A stretch of DNA of 64,000 nucleotides from Verrucomicrobiales bacterium (GCA_031411295.1 JANOAV010000033.1:1-64000); one strand, 5' to 3'. Numbered from the stretch's first letter, positions 50,387-61,102 are shown. Notes: generated by a model not told the origin, from the sequence alone. Translations and numbers: made by a program.

Positions 50387-53038
50387 TTACTGCACTTCAC
50401 GCAGCAGTTTCTTGGCCGCTGTTTGCCAGATGCGCAGGATGCCATCCTCTCCGCCGACCGCAATGAGTTTTCCGGAGGGGTCTGCTGTTAGGGTGAAGGC
50501 GAATCCTTTGCTGCCTGCGAGTGCTTCTTCATTGAGTTTCACGGCTGCATCCCCACTGGCGCTGGCCACGGTGTCGCCTGTGCCGAGCCAGGCGATGCCA
50601 CTGACTTCTTTGCTGAAAGTGGTGATGCTTTTGGTTTGTTTGTTGTCCAACAGATCCCAGAAACGCAGCGTCTTGTCCGCGCCTCCCGTGGCCAGTGCGA
50701 GTCCGTCGCTGCGCCATGCGATACTGAGGACCTGACCGCTGTGACCTTCAAAAGCCGCCACTCGGTGGCCGTCGGTGACTTGGAAAACACGGGCCCAGCG
50801 GTCGCTGCCCGCGGTGGCGATCAACCCATCATCCGGTGAAAAGGCGAGTGCGTTGACGGTGTCGGAATGAGGATCAGCCAGTGTTAGGACGGGCTTGCCA
50901 TCCGCCGTGTTCCAGATCTTCACCTCGCCCGAGCGCGAGGGCACGCCGCCGCCGCTGGCGAGGAGTCGCGTGTCGGATGAGAAACTCAGCGCAGTGATGC
51001 GGCTAGCGAGCGTGGCGGCATCATCCGGCTGCCCGATGAGGCGCTCCATGGCGAACGTGCGTCGTGCTGGCAGGGTGAGAATTTTCTTGTCAGAGCGGGC
51101 CGCCAGCAAGCCGTTGGTGGTTGCAGCAATGAACGATGGAGCGGCTCCCAATGCTGGAACTTCCGCTGCATCCAGCAACTCACCGGTGCTGGTGGCGTGC
51201 CATTGCAACCGTCCGCCATCCATGACGATGAGGGCGACTTTGCCATGGTCGAGCAACGTGAAACCTTTCGGGGCGGGCAATGCAGCCAGCCCCTTTTTCA
51301 ATGCTTCCAAGGTAGCGGCCCCTTCAGCCACGGTCGATTCTGCGGCAGTGGCGGCTCCGTCGGCGGCAGCTTGATTTTGCATCGCTTGGCCTGTTAGTCG
51401 CACGGCCAGTTCCGCATTGGTGCGGGCATCGGTAAAGGCGCGTTCAGCGGCGGTCGCTTCTGTGGCGGCCTTCTTTTCCGCGTCCTGACGCGGTTTGTCA
51501 GCAGGCGCTGCGCGAAGTGCTTCTGTTGCCGCTTGGGCCGCAGTGAGTTTGCGCTGCCAGTCGGCGCGTGTTTTTTCCTGAGCCAGATGCGTCGCGTGGA
51601 GGTTTTCGGTTTCTTTTTTTACCGCCTCGGTGGCTGCGGCAAATCTGGCCTTGCGGGCATCGAGCCTGCGCTGAGCCGCCTGCTGGCGTCGTTCAGCGGT
51701 GGTGATGGCTTGTTGCGCAGGGTTCTCCAGTGCTTTGTCAGCCACGCGTTTGCCGTCGGCGGTTTCAGTTAGGTGGAGGACAGGCTCTGCGTTTATCCAG
51801 AGGATCTGAGTGCCTACAGGATCGGGCGTGGCGAGAGCCGTGATGGCTTGGTCGTTGAGTTTCCATTCACGCAAGGGAGCTGGCGGAGTGGCGGGAACCT
51901 CTTTGGTAAAGGGGTATACGCGCAGGAATCCATCAGCATAAGCGACGGCCAATTCGGTGCCATTTTTCAGAAACGTTAGGCCTGTGATCAATGCCGGGGA
52001 TTCCGCACGATAAACGACGCTGGCCTCGGCCACACTCCAGATGCGGAAAGTGCGATCCGCAGCGGCGGACACGAGCCATAGACCGTCCGGGGAAAAACAC
52101 AGTGCCTTGACGGGAGTAGTGTGCTCTTTGCATTCGCGCAGAACGGGTTTCTCCGCGCCAGATTCCCAGAGCCGGATGATACCCGCCTCATCTCCCGCCG
52201 CCGCATGTCGTGCCGAGGTGGCGAAACTCGACGGACTGGAAGGAAGCTCCATGGCTGGTCGCAGCTCGGTGAGCGGACCACGTCGCCAAAGCCGAATGGT
52301 GCGGAATCCGCCCGTGGCCACCAAATCATCGCCTCCGAAAGCCACGGACATGATGGCATCCCGATCCGCTGGGGCCTTGTCTTTGTAGAGATCGAGTTTC
52401 GCCAGTTCCGGATCCGTCAACAGCCCGAGCGAGATCCCAGTGGCCACTTCCGTGAGCTGAACCTGGTTCCCCCGAGCCGCCGCCGCCATGCGCCCGGAAC
52501 CTGACAACGCGGCGGCATTCACGGGTGCGCCTGTCGCTGGATAGCCGCGCCATTCAGCGATGTTGTCGGAAACAGGGCCGCCTTTCAGTCCTTGATCGAT
52601 CCAGAGTTTCAGCAAGCCCAGTTCATCCGGGGTAAGATCCACCGCGTTAACCTTGTTGCCCGGAGGTGGCATGGCCGATTCTTCGAGATGGGCGGCACTG
52701 CGGACTAATAAACTTTCCAAGCCTTTGCCCGCAACCGCAGCAGGTCCGGTTTCGCCACCCTTGAGAATGCTGGTGGGCGCCTCCAGATTCAATCCCGCCT
52801 TGGCTTTGGTGGTGTTATGGCAGGCGAGACAACTTCGCTTCAACATCGGGTAGATGTCCTTGGCGAAATCCACCGGAGCCTCACGTTTGACCTCGGCAAT
52901 CGTGAGCGGAGCGGCGGCAGACGCGGTGGCGACGGAAAATACCAACAGGCCGCCCCAAAGGGATAGCCGAAGTTTACCGGACCCGGAGAGACTCAGGGAA
53001 GAAACCATGTGGCAGGGCAAGCTCAGGAAGGGGGACAT
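50387..53038 (-). CDS. Planctomycete cytochrome c + WD40 repeat protein
   Basis: VDFAKDIYPML..SCLACH, MPP, LWIDQG. WD40 repeats flank an Ala-rich coiled coil. GGGVPSRSGEVKIW. Confidence 0.88.
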   Translation of the reverse strand: MSPFLSLPCHMVSSLSLSGSGKLRLSLWGGLLVFSVATASAAAPLTIAEVKREAPVDFAKDIYPMLKRSCLACHNTTKAKAGLNLEAPTSILKGGETGPAAVAGKGLESLLVRSAAHLEESAMPPPGNKVNAVDLTPDELGLLKLWIDQGLKGGPVSDNIAEWRGYPATGAPVNAAALSGSGRMAAAARGNQVQLTEVATGISLGLLTDPELAKLDLYKDKAPADRDAIMSVAFGGDDLVATGGFRTIRLWRRGPLTELRPAMELPSSPSSFATSARHAAAGDEAGIIRLWESGAEKPVLRECKEHTTPVKALCFSPDGLWLVSAAADRTFRIWSVAEASVVYRAESPALITGLTFLKNGTELAVAYADGFLRVYPFTKEVPATPPAPLREWKLNDQAITALATPDPVGTQILWINAEPVLHLTETADGKRVADKALENPAQQAITTAERRQQAAQRRLDARKARFAAATEAVKKETENLHATHLAQEKTRADWQRKLTAAQAATEALRAAPADKPRQDAEKKAATEATAAERAFTDARTNAELAVRLTGQAMQNQAAADGAATAAESTVAEGAATLEALKKGLAALPAPKGFTLLDHGKVALIVMDGGRLQWHATSTGELLDAAEVPALGAAPSFIAATTNGLLAARSDKKILTLPARRTFAMERLIGQPDDAATLASRITALSFSSDTRLLASGGGVPSRSGEVKIWNTADGKPVLTLADPHSDTVNALAFSPDDGLIATAGSDRWARVFQVTDGHRVAAFEGHSGQVLSIAWRSDGLALATGGADKTLRFWDLLDNKQTKSITTFSKEVSGIAWLGTGDTVASASGDAAVKLNEEALAGSKGFAFTLTADPSGKLIAVGGEDGILRIWQTAAKKLLREVQ

Positions 53039-53179
53039 TTTATGGAAACGAAATGGGCTGGCATCCTGCGGGATGCTTGGTGGTTTGGGGTAGATCCGAT
53101 GGCGTCGCTGATCTAAACACCGGTTTCTACCCTGACCGTCAACGGTAATTTATTACGTGCTTACTTTACTTCCCCACAA

Positions 53180-54526
53180 CTACAATGGGCGCTGCGAGGC
53201 GTCCTCGACTGCACCCCGGGCTTGTTGGGTTTCGATCTCCGCTTCCAGTCGGCCTAACTCAGCGGCAGACAATTCGACCTCCGCGCTCAGGGCGGAGAGT
53301 CGATCTCCTTCACCTGCTTTGACCATGGCTTCAGCGGATTCGAGCTGTTTCTTTTGTTCCGCCAGCAGCGCATCGGCCGTTTGCTGACGTTGCACGCAGG
53401 CTTCGTAACTCACCAAGGCGCGATCGACTTCACCCATGGCTTTGACTTGGGCTGATTCCACTTTGACGGCGGCTTCGGTCCGCTTGGCTTCGGCTTCCGC
53501 AATGGGTCCTTTATTTTTGTCGAAGATCGGCAGGGTGAGGTTGACCCCCAGCGCCCATTTGTTCACGCCTTGATCAAATTGATACCCGGGCCCCAGATGC
53601 ACGTCCGGATACTGTTTGGCAACTTCCAAACGAAGCGCAGATTCTGCGGCGGCATACTCTGCCAAAGCGGAAAGCACATCGGGCCGTTGGGTGGCGGCCG
53701 CTTGCCGCAAAGCTTTGGCGCTGGGCAGAACGGACGGCTTTTCCAGCTTGCTGAAATCGAACCCCACATGCTGCAAGGCCGACTGGGGCACGCCGACTTC
53801 CACCGCCACATCCGCCTGGGCTTCGGCGGCTTGCTTCTTGGCGGTAGCGGCTAAGAGCTTGGTCTGACTGACGAGTAACTTAGATTGCAGGAGGACCGGA
53901 CGCGCCATTTCTCCGGCTTGCACCTGGACGTCCAGAAATTTCACCGTCTCCTCCTGCACCCCCAACTGTTTCTCCAACACGGCCATGCGACGCTGCGCCC
54001 CATGCAAGTCGATCCACGCTTTGCGCAGCTTGGATCGGCTCGCCCACATGACTTCAGTTACGTGCAAGGCTGAGGTCTGCGCTTCAGCCACTGCCTTGGC
54101 CACGCGGGCATTGCGCTTGCCACCGGTTTCGATGGGAACGTCCAGCGTGAAACCCATGACCCAGGGAGATCCCCCGCCTGGAATCGCTCGCTCTGGAGCA
54201 AAGCCGAGCGTTGGATTCGGGCGCGCTCCGGCGGTTTGCAGGGCGGCTTTGGCCGTCTCCGCCTGAGCCCGGGCAAGTCTCACGTCGCCATGCAATTGGC
54301 TGGAGGCGGTGGCCAAGTTGGCGAAATCCCATTTCCCCGGCACCTTCTCCCCTGCGGCCTGCATGGCCGAAGTCAGCGTCCGGCTGGAATACTCCTTCAC
54401 CCCCTGCTCTACCGTAATCGGTTTTGCCTGATAGCTGGTGCAGGCAGTGATAGACCAGAGGATCCCAACGGCGGCAAGTTGCCCGGCGGCGGGATAAAAT
54501 TTACGGAAGGAATGAGGAACGATCAT
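53180..54526 (-). CDS. TolC-family outer membrane efflux lipoprotein
   Basis: Lipobox ITAC, PNP.L, PIETGGKR, RPDV, QYPD..LG, LPIFDKNKG. No cognate RND or MFP genes nearby. Confidence 0.88.
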   Translation of the reverse strand: MIVPHSFRKFYPAAGQLAAVGILWSITACTSYQAKPITVEQGVKEYSSRTLTSAMQAAGEKVPGKWDFANLATASSQLHGDVRLARAQAETAKAALQTAGARPNPTLGFAPERAIPGGGSPWVMGFTLDVPIETGGKRNARVAKAVAEAQTSALHVTEVMWASRSKLRKAWIDLHGAQRRMAVLEKQLGVQEETVKFLDVQVQAGEMARPVLLQSKLLVSQTKLLAATAKKQAAEAQADVAVEVGVPQSALQHVGFDFSKLEKPSVLPSAKALRQAAATQRPDVLSALAEYAAAESALRLEVAKQYPDVHLGPGYQFDQGVNKWALGVNLTLPIFDKNKGPIAEAEAKRTEAAVKVESAQVKAMGEVDRALVSYEACVQRQQTADALLAEQKKQLESAEAMVKAGEGDRLSALSAEVELSAAELGRLEAEIETQQARGAVEDASQRPL

Positions 54527-54743
54527 GGCTGAAGGTGGCGCTGGTCTCCTGGTGGGGTCCTCGGCAGGCTCCGTTCAAGGACGCGGTGGGAGCGGATGCC
54601 GCCCTTAATTTGTAGCGGTTTGCCCCCTGCTGAGCATCTGGAGAAAAATGAAATGCCTGTCACTAGAGTCACGCTTCAGCGCATCTTGCAAGGCTTAAGG
54701 AACGTTGCACTTATGATGAGCGCAAACTAAGCGGGCAAATCTC

Positions 54744-54771
54744 TTGCCAGACCGCGTGGTTGCGATAAAAT
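54744..54771 (+). promoter_or_regulatory. Putative sigma70-type promoter of mcsA-mcsB
   Basis: TTGCCA-N16-TAAAAT, 10 nt before ATG 54782. Confidence 0.5.
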
Positions 54772-54781
54772 TTCCAGAATC

Positions 54782-55324
54782 ATGCAGTGTGACGTTTGCC
54801 AAGATAAAGCCGCTACGGTGTTCCTCTCCCAGATTCTGAAGGGAGAGGTGCACAAGGTGAACCTGTGCCAAGCGTGCGCCAAGGCACAGAACGTGACCGA
54901 TCCCACCGGCTTTGCCCTGGCCGAGATGCTCTGGGGCATGGGATCCCACGAATCCCTAGCCCAACCCAAGGAGAAATCCTGCCCGGCCTGCGGTCTGCCG
55001 CACCACGTCTTCCGGAAGTCGGGGCGGTTGGGATGCAGTCACTGCTATCAAATCTTCGCTGATAACGTGGGGAATCTCCTCAAGACGATGCACAAGGGAA
55101 CGCAGCACACCGGGAAGAAGCCATTCGGTTGGCAACCGACAGTTCCCCCACCCTTAATCCCGGAAATCCCAGCTGCGTCCGTCAAAACAGATTTCGCGTC
55201 CAACATCAATCAACTCTTGGAAGCGCTCCATTTGGCCGTGGCCAAAGAACAGTATGAAGAGGCCGCCCGCCTGCGCGATGAAATTTCCCGCATGGAAACC
55301 GCCGCCACCAAATTGACGGCCTAA
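54782..55324 (+). CDS. mcsA: Protein-arginine kinase activator (four CxxC motifs + UVR domain)
   Basis: CDVC, CQAC, CPACG, GRLGCSHCY, H.G..H.GK, EQYEEAARLRD. Directly upstream of mcsB. Confidence 0.92.
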   Translation: MQCDVCQDKAATVFLSQILKGEVHKVNLCQACAKAQNVTDPTGFALAEMLWGMGSHESLAQPKEKSCPACGLPHHVFRKSGRLGCSHCYQIFADNVGNLLKTMHKGTQHTGKKPFGWQPTVPPPLIPEIPAASVKTDFASNINQLLEALHLAVAKEQYEEAARLRDEISRMETAATKLTA

Positions 55325-55365
55325 GTCGGCTAACCTTTGTCCCTTTCGGTCGAAATTTTAACATC

Positions 55366-56436
55366 ATGCAATTCAGCGCCCTGCTTCGTCAAACCCCCGA
55401 ATGGATGCAAACCAGCGGCCCGCATCGGGACATCGTGATCACCAGTCGCATCCGCTTGGCGCGGAATCTGGTGGATGTGCCCTTTCCCGGTTGGGCCAAG
55501 AAAGAACAACGCAGCGCGCTGATGGCCGAACTGCAACCACAGGTGGCCTCCCTGCCGGAAATGGAGGACGCCTTCGTGGAAGACATGGCGAACCTGTCCC
55601 AGATCGAGAAGCAAGTCCTCGTGGAGAAACATCTCATCAGCCGCGAGCAAGCCGCCAAGAGCAACGGTAGCGCAGCCGTGATCAACAAGGCCCAGACGAT
55701 CTCCATCATGATCAACGAGGAGGATCATCTCCGCATGCAGAGCATCTGCTCCGGCCTGGATCTCCAGACCGCCTTTGCCGCCTTGGATCGGGTGGACAAT
55801 GAACTGTCCGAGAAAGTCCCGTTCGCCTACGATGCGCAGCTTGGTTTCCTCACCGCCTGCCCAACGAATCTGGGCACTGGCATGCGCGCGTCCGCCATGC
55901 TCCATCTGCCTGGACTGGTGCTCAGCGAATCCATGGCGCAGGTAAATTCAGCGGTGCAGAAAATCGGTCTGGCCGTGCGCGGCCTTTACGGAGAAGGCAC
56001 GGAAGCGCTGGCCAACTTGTTCCAGATCTCCAATCAACATACGTTAGGCGACAGCGAAGCCACCTTGATCGCCCGCCTGGAAAAGGTCATCGAACAAATC
56101 ATCTCCCACGAACGCAACGCCCGCACCAAGCTGCTCCAGGAGCAACCGACCAAGGTCAGCGATCACGTGGGCCGGGCTTACGCCATCCTGCGCTATGCCC
56201 ACATTTTGGAGAGCAAGGAAGCCCTAACCCACTTGAGCATGCTCCGGCTCGGATCGGATCTGGGCTTGGTGCCGCACGATTACGGCAAGATGCTCGACTC
56301 CGTGCTCGTGGACATCCAACCGGCACATTTGCAGATCGCCTCCAAGAAGCGCCTCAACTCCACTGAACGGGATATCCTCCGCGCGCAGATGCTGCGGGAG
56401 AAACTACAGTCGCTGCCAGAGCCGAAGTTAGTTTGA
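55366..56436 (+). CDS. mcsB: Protein arginine kinase
   Basis: SRIRLARN, LVEKHLIS, INEEDHLR, GFLTACPTNLGTGMRAS.MLHLP, VRGLYGEG, FQISNQ.TLG. Confidence 0.95.
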   Translation: MQFSALLRQTPEWMQTSGPHRDIVITSRIRLARNLVDVPFPGWAKKEQRSALMAELQPQVASLPEMEDAFVEDMANLSQIEKQVLVEKHLISREQAAKSNGSAAVINKAQTISIMINEEDHLRMQSICSGLDLQTAFAALDRVDNELSEKVPFAYDAQLGFLTACPTNLGTGMRASAMLHLPGLVLSESMAQVNSAVQKIGLAVRGLYGEGTEALANLFQISNQHTLGDSEATLIARLEKVIEQIISHERNARTKLLQEQPTKVSDHVGRAYAILRYAHILESKEALTHLSMLRLGSDLGLVPHDYGKMLDSVLVDIQPAHLQIASKKRLNSTERDILRAQMLREKLQSLPEPKLV

Positions 56437-59169
56437 TTTCGGAACCGCCCGTCGCAGACGCACCCATTCGCTGATTTCTGCCAGCGGAATGATGAATTCG
56501 CCCAACCAAGATTCGAGGTGCACGCCGTCCATTTCCAAACGTGAATTGGTCCCGGAAAGGCAGCCGCCGTGGCGCAGGCGAACGCAGCAGGGAGCATCCG
56601 ACTTGGGGGTAGTGCGTGGCGCGAACACCACGGCACTAATGCGCTTGAGGGGAATTTCCAAGACTCCGAATTCCGGCGTGTCCAGATGCCAGGCCTCGTT
56701 GGCGAAACGGTAGGATTGGGCGAGCACGTTATCTCCGTTGTTCAGCGCCACCCACGGATGCTCCGGGGTCGGCTGGGCTTGTTCTGAGAGCAATCCAGGC
56801 GAGGGATGAATCCAAACGTTGCTCACCGCCAGATCAGTCGTGGGGCGACTGGCCATGGGGAGCCAACAGAGTTTTCTGATTTCTTTCAGCGGACGGTTGG
56901 CATTCAATCTGCACACCCCCACCTCTTTGCCCTCGCTGCTAATAGCAATACGCTTGCTCAGCGGATCGAAAATAAACTGGAAGTGACGCAGCTTACTCAA
57001 GGATCGATCCGCCGATGGGATGACAAAGCTGTAGGATTCACTGCGGCCCATGCCGGCAAATGCCCCCGCATTCCTTCCTTCTGCAACGCGGGAAATCCTG
57101 ATGGTGGAGGTGGTAGCATAGATGCTGAACAGCAACACGTCCTCCTCCCCATACAACTGCGCGCTGTATTCTCCCCACGGCATGGTAAACGCTATGGCCA
57201 CAGCGGACTTGATTTCCGGGATCTGCAAACTCAGGAGTTCCGAACGGTTAGGAACTTGATACAACGTGGGGATACTATGTTCACCGTCAAAATATTTGAC
57301 CACCCGAGCCTGTGATCGCTCGAAGCTGTAAGCGCGGCGGACCGGGTTGTAGATGCGCGACGCCAACTCCCAATCGGCCGTGGGACCACCCGCCACGATG
57401 GTCTGCGCGGCGGGCGGATGGTGAATCGCTTGCACTTCTTTCCTTGGCACCATGAAGGCCGCCCGATACGCCGTGCGTAACTCCAACTGTTCCTCCTGCA
57501 GGTTCAGCAACTGGGCGCTCAGCCAGTCCCCATTCTGGAATGCCACCACCGTGGAGAACTCCGGCTGCGCAGCCACCGGGCGGCTCAGGAGCTTGATCCC
57601 CGCCAGGCCATCCACGAGGAAACTCGACACCGTGGGCGAAGCCGGAACTTTCCAACGCACCTGCCCCGCCTCCTGCATGGCCAGCCACGTGCCGGGCAGT
57701 TGGGAGCCATCGGGAAAGGTGATGACGTCCTGATGCCATGCCATCTCCAAGGAAGCGGACCAAGGAGTCGCCCGCGGGAGCGCCATGCTGCGCACCGCCG
57801 TCAACGGCAGCGTCAGGGTGATCCCGGCGGCGGATTTCATTGCCAGATTCCCTTGATCCAGCTTTACCGTGGACGCTCCAATGCAGCCACCGGCCACGGT
57901 GGTGATGCGATACTCCGGCAGCACGGCAGCCACGGCGGGGCCTGCGAAATGCAGGTGAAACGGCTCCGTTCGGAGAATGCTAGTGCCATCGCTCAACTGA
58001 ATTTCCGTGGCGGAAATCCGCTTGATGCGACTCGATACAATCCGCTGCGCCCCAATCTCCACAGTGTCCTCTGCCACCACCGTAAGCGACTTGGGAGGCA
58101 CCAATCCAAGCCAGGGACTAACCCTCATATGCGAAAACTCACACCCCCCGCGCCCGATGAAACTCATCGACCGACCCAGCCGCTCCATGGCGCGGACGGG
58201 CACCTTGCTAACATCGAACCGACCCAGGTAAACTCCGCCGCGGACGATCTCGAAGCGACCTTCCGCAAGGTCGCCATAGATCGCGTGATGCACTGGTGGC
58301 GTGCCCTCCATGAAGTAGAGCGGTTGCCGGAGCACAGGGGTGTTAATCCATTGCCCATCATACTGCGAAAGGGAGAGCGCATTGTTTTCCACCAGGAGGG
58401 AGACATAACCATAGCTAACCGAGCCTTCCGCAGAAGCGCGGAACAGGGACAGCGCGAAGTCCGTCTGGTTGGTATCGAATTCGAGCAGGAAACGAATGGG
58501 CCAGTTGAAACTCTGCGCCACTGCGCCCCGCTCCAGCTTGGGATCCACCATCCATCCGTGATCCGTCGGCTGACACGAAGACGCCGGATAAGGGGACCAA
58601 TTCCCCTGATGGTTGGCCGTGCAGACGAAGCCCTCGCTTGGTTCCGCAGTGTGCACCAACTCAGCCACGGCGGCTCTGGGGAAAGTCACCTCCCCGCCGC
58701 CCATCACCTGACATGTCAGTTGGTCATCCTCCAGGGTCGCCTCCGTCAAGGGAAGCGTGGTGCCGTCCCGTAATAACAGATGCAATTGCTTTCCTTCGGA
58801 CTTGGCGGGATGATCCAAGGAAATGTCTGCCACCGCCGTCAAATTAAGCGTCACCTCCGGGCCCGTCGAGAGCTTCGCCAGCACCTCGCCATCCTGCAGG
58901 CGAATCGGCTCGGCCGGGATCTCCGTGCCATCCACCAACCGAATCCGATTAGGACCAACCGGCTCTGCGCCATACTTCGTGGTCGAGGAAGAGAATTGCA
59001 CCACCCCAGGCTTACGCTCGGACTTCACCGATGGCATGGACAGCAACGGCAGCACCTTCGGCTGCGGCCCGACCTGGATGCGGCGCAATGGCACCTGCCC
59101 CCATGAAGTTGCTGCCAGCAGAAACCCCAAGCCGACCCAACGGCAAAGCTTACCGGAATTTAGCGGCAT
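56428..59169 (-). CDS. Hypothetical exported repeat protein
   Basis: About 910 aa ORF with signal-like N-terminus and about eight short beta modules (I.L.DG/NG..L). Start uncertain (59169 chosen). Confidence 0.72.
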   Translation of the reverse strand: MPLNSGKLCRWVGLGFLLAATSWGQVPLRRIQVGPQPKVLPLLSMPSVKSERKPGVVQFSSSTTKYGAEPVGPNRIRLVDGTEIPAEPIRLQDGEVLAKLSTGPEVTLNLTAVADISLDHPAKSEGKQLHLLLRDGTTLPLTEATLEDDQLTCQVMGGGEVTFPRAAVAELVHTAEPSEGFVCTANHQGNWSPYPASSCQPTDHGWMVDPKLERGAVAQSFNWPIRFLLEFDTNQTDFALSLFRASAEGSVSYGYVSLLVENNALSLSQYDGQWINTPVLRQPLYFMEGTPPVHHAIYGDLAEGRFEIVRGGVYLGRFDVSKVPVRAMERLGRSMSFIGRGGCEFSHMRVSPWLGLVPPKSLTVVAEDTVEIGAQRIVSSRIKRISATEIQLSDGTSILRTEPFHLHFAGPAVAAVLPEYRITTVAGGCIGASTVKLDQGNLAMKSAAGITLTLPLTAVRSMALPRATPWSASLEMAWHQDVITFPDGSQLPGTWLAMQEAGQVRWKVPASPTVSSFLVDGLAGIKLLSRPVAAQPEFSTVVAFQNGDWLSAQLLNLQEEQLELRTAYRAAFMVPRKEVQAIHHPPAAQTIVAGGPTADWELASRIYNPVRRAYSFERSQARVVKYFDGEHSIPTLYQVPNRSELLSLQIPEIKSAVAIAFTMPWGEYSAQLYGEEDVLLFSIYATTSTIRISRVAEGRNAGAFAGMGRSESYSFVIPSADRSLSKLRHFQFIFDPLSKRIAISSEGKEVGVCRLNANRPLKEIRKLCWLPMASRPTTDLAVSNVWIHPSPGLLSEQAQPTPEHPWVALNNGDNVLAQSYRFANEAWHLDTPEFGVLEIPLKRISAVVFAPRTTPKSDAPCCVRLRHGGCLSGTNSRLEMDGVHLESWLGEFIIPLAEISEWVRLRRAVPKSN

Positions 59170-59344
59170 AGTGAACAGTGCATGGAATGGTGATGGAGAC
59201 ATCGGAAAAGTCCTGACGCCGCATAGATAGCGGCAGCGCCACCGACTCGTCAATCACCATGTTAAGCAGGGTGTTGAGTTTGAGTGAACCATTATCCAGT
59301 TTACACCCTTGAGGTCAGGCCTCCCGCCAAGCATCGCCATCGCA

Positions 59345-60895
59345 CTAGGTTGTTAGTGGCGAGTCTTCCGCAGGCACGCTCAAATGGTTTGCTCGCAATT
59401 CCTGGTGTAAAAATTTAGCCGCGACAGCGCCACGCAGACCGCCAGAGGAATGGGATACCACCGCCAGGCAGCGAGAATTGTGCTGGGTCTCGGTGGAGTC
59501 TAGGAGGAGATCAATGCGTCCGGTTAGCTCCGTGGTCAAAGACACCACCCCGACGTAGCGAGGTAGCACAACGTGATCCAAGAAGCGATCCAACTGGGAC
59601 TGATTGGCCAACCGATACGGCCCGTGGATGAGCGACTCCACATAGACTGGACCCCGGAGGAATTGGATTGCCAAGAGGGCGGTCACATCGTCCCGTGGTT
59701 TGCCGAGACGCTTGGCAACCATCGCCCGCAAGGCATCGGAGGCCATGCCACCGATGACTCGCAACTCCAGAAAAGAGAGGTGAATTTTGGGATAAGTGGG
59801 AATCAAAATATGCGTAACGGTCCATTCCTCAAATACCTGATTACTCTCATCAACTCCGTGGATCTGCAAAATGAGGGCGGATTTGGTGTGGTCAACCGGA
59901 GCTAACAGGTAAGGTCCTCGGCGGTCATCATGAAGATGGAGACCTTCCAAGGAGGAGGCATCTTCAGCAATGCCGAACTTAGGCACCAGTTCCAACGCGG
60001 GCGAAATCCTCGAACCAGTAACAGCCACTGCGTGATGCACCCCATTCCGCTGCATCACCAGAATGGGGACCATCCGGGAACGCAGAGCGGCGTGGATTAC
60101 CGCTAGGGAGACGTAGCGTTCCTTGGCTGCAACCAAGCAAGGCGCTATCCCCAGGGACTGCATGGAGGAACACATCTGCTCCAGGCTCAAGCCTTCCGAT
60201 GGAATAGCACGCCCATTCGGGAGTTGGGACTGGGTGGCCAAGCGGGTTATTTGAACCGGAGTGGGGCTTCGCAGATTTTCCGAGCCCCGCAGATAGTGCA
60301 GTGAGGCCCAAATGGCGGTAGTGGCACAAGCGCTGACGCCGTAATCCTGTTGCTGAAATGGAATTCCGGAAACAGTTAGTTCCAACCCTTTGAGATGCAC
60401 CCGGGTGGGCAAGAGCCCAGGAAAGTGCGAGTGTTTGCCTTCCTTGGCTCGGAGAACCGTCCTCCCCACTGGTGCCCCATGCATGGGCTTGATGACGGAA
60501 AATCCCAAGTAATGTTCGCTACTGAACTGCTCACAGGCTGCACGATACAAGGCGGCTCCGGCCTGTGCTTTTTCTAGAACTGTCTCCATCGCAACCTTCA
60601 GTTCCGTCTCAGCCAGATTGAAAAAGTGCAATCTCCGACAGGTGTTGCTGTAGGAACGAAGGCTCTTGGAGTAATAGACGCTGTGGTCTTCAACGTGGTG
60701 TCTGTCAATGCATTCCAATTCCAGCGCCATGGATTTGCCGCCCAAAGTCGCAACGTAAGAACGAATGTAATTTAGTTGCCTGAAGGGATCGCCAGGGTGG
60801 AACGCGGGCTTTGCCAACTCAAGCAATTTCTCAAGGTCAGTGCTTGCATCAAACGCATACAACAAAGTATTCCCCATTGGCACAACGTCGGACAA
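59345..60895 (-). CDS. Uncharacterised papain-like (peptidase C39-like) cysteine enzyme
   Basis: 516 aa. PFQQQD....ACATTAIW (oxyanion Gln + Cys), HHAVAVTG (His) and LHLHDD (Asp), in papain-clan order. No signal peptide. Confidence 0.72.
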   Translation of the reverse strand: MSDVVPMGNTLLYAFDASTDLEKLLELAKPAFHPGDPFRQLNYIRSYVATLGGKSMALELECIDRHHVEDHSVYYSKSLRSYSNTCRRLHFFNLAETELKVAMETVLEKAQAGAALYRAACEQFSSEHYLGFSVIKPMHGAPVGRTVLRAKEGKHSHFPGLLPTRVHLKGLELTVSGIPFQQQDYGVSACATTAIWASLHYLRGSENLRSPTPVQITRLATQSQLPNGRAIPSEGLSLEQMCSSMQSLGIAPCLVAAKERYVSLAVIHAALRSRMVPILVMQRNGVHHAVAVTGSRISPALELVPKFGIAEDASSLEGLHLHDDRRGPYLLAPVDHTKSALILQIHGVDESNQVFEEWTVTHILIPTYPKIHLSFLELRVIGGMASDALRAMVAKRLGKPRDDVTALLAIQFLRGPVYVESLIHGPYRLANQSQLDRFLDHVVLPRYVGVVSLTTELTGRIDLLLDSTETQHNSRCLAVVSHSSGGLRGAVAAKFLHQELRANHLSVPAEDSPLTT

Positions 60896-60904
60896 CGGGT
60901 GAAC

Positions 60905-61102
60905 TTATTCGCGGCAGTCGATGCGGACCGCAAAATCCGCTTCCGTTAGTTGTCCGGCTTCTTGGTTGTGGACATACCATTGTTGCCGCTCAACGCGACA
61001 GGCCTCAATCTCCTGAGCAATCTGAGCTCTAAATTCAGGATCTTCGAGCCAAGCATCATCCATTTCGGTTTCTGGAGTTAGAGAAGGAGGATCAGAGATC
61101 AT
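60905..61102 (-). CDS. Small acidic hypothetical protein (65 aa, or 52 aa from ATG 61063)
   Basis: ORF ends 9 bp before the peptidase-like gene. The ORF-track ATG at 61138 lies inside the putative -10 box, so a later ATG is preferred. Confidence 0.6.
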   Translation of the reverse strand: MISDPPSLTPETEMDDAWLEDPEFRAQIAQEIEACRVERQQWYVHNQEAGQLTEADFAVRIDCRE

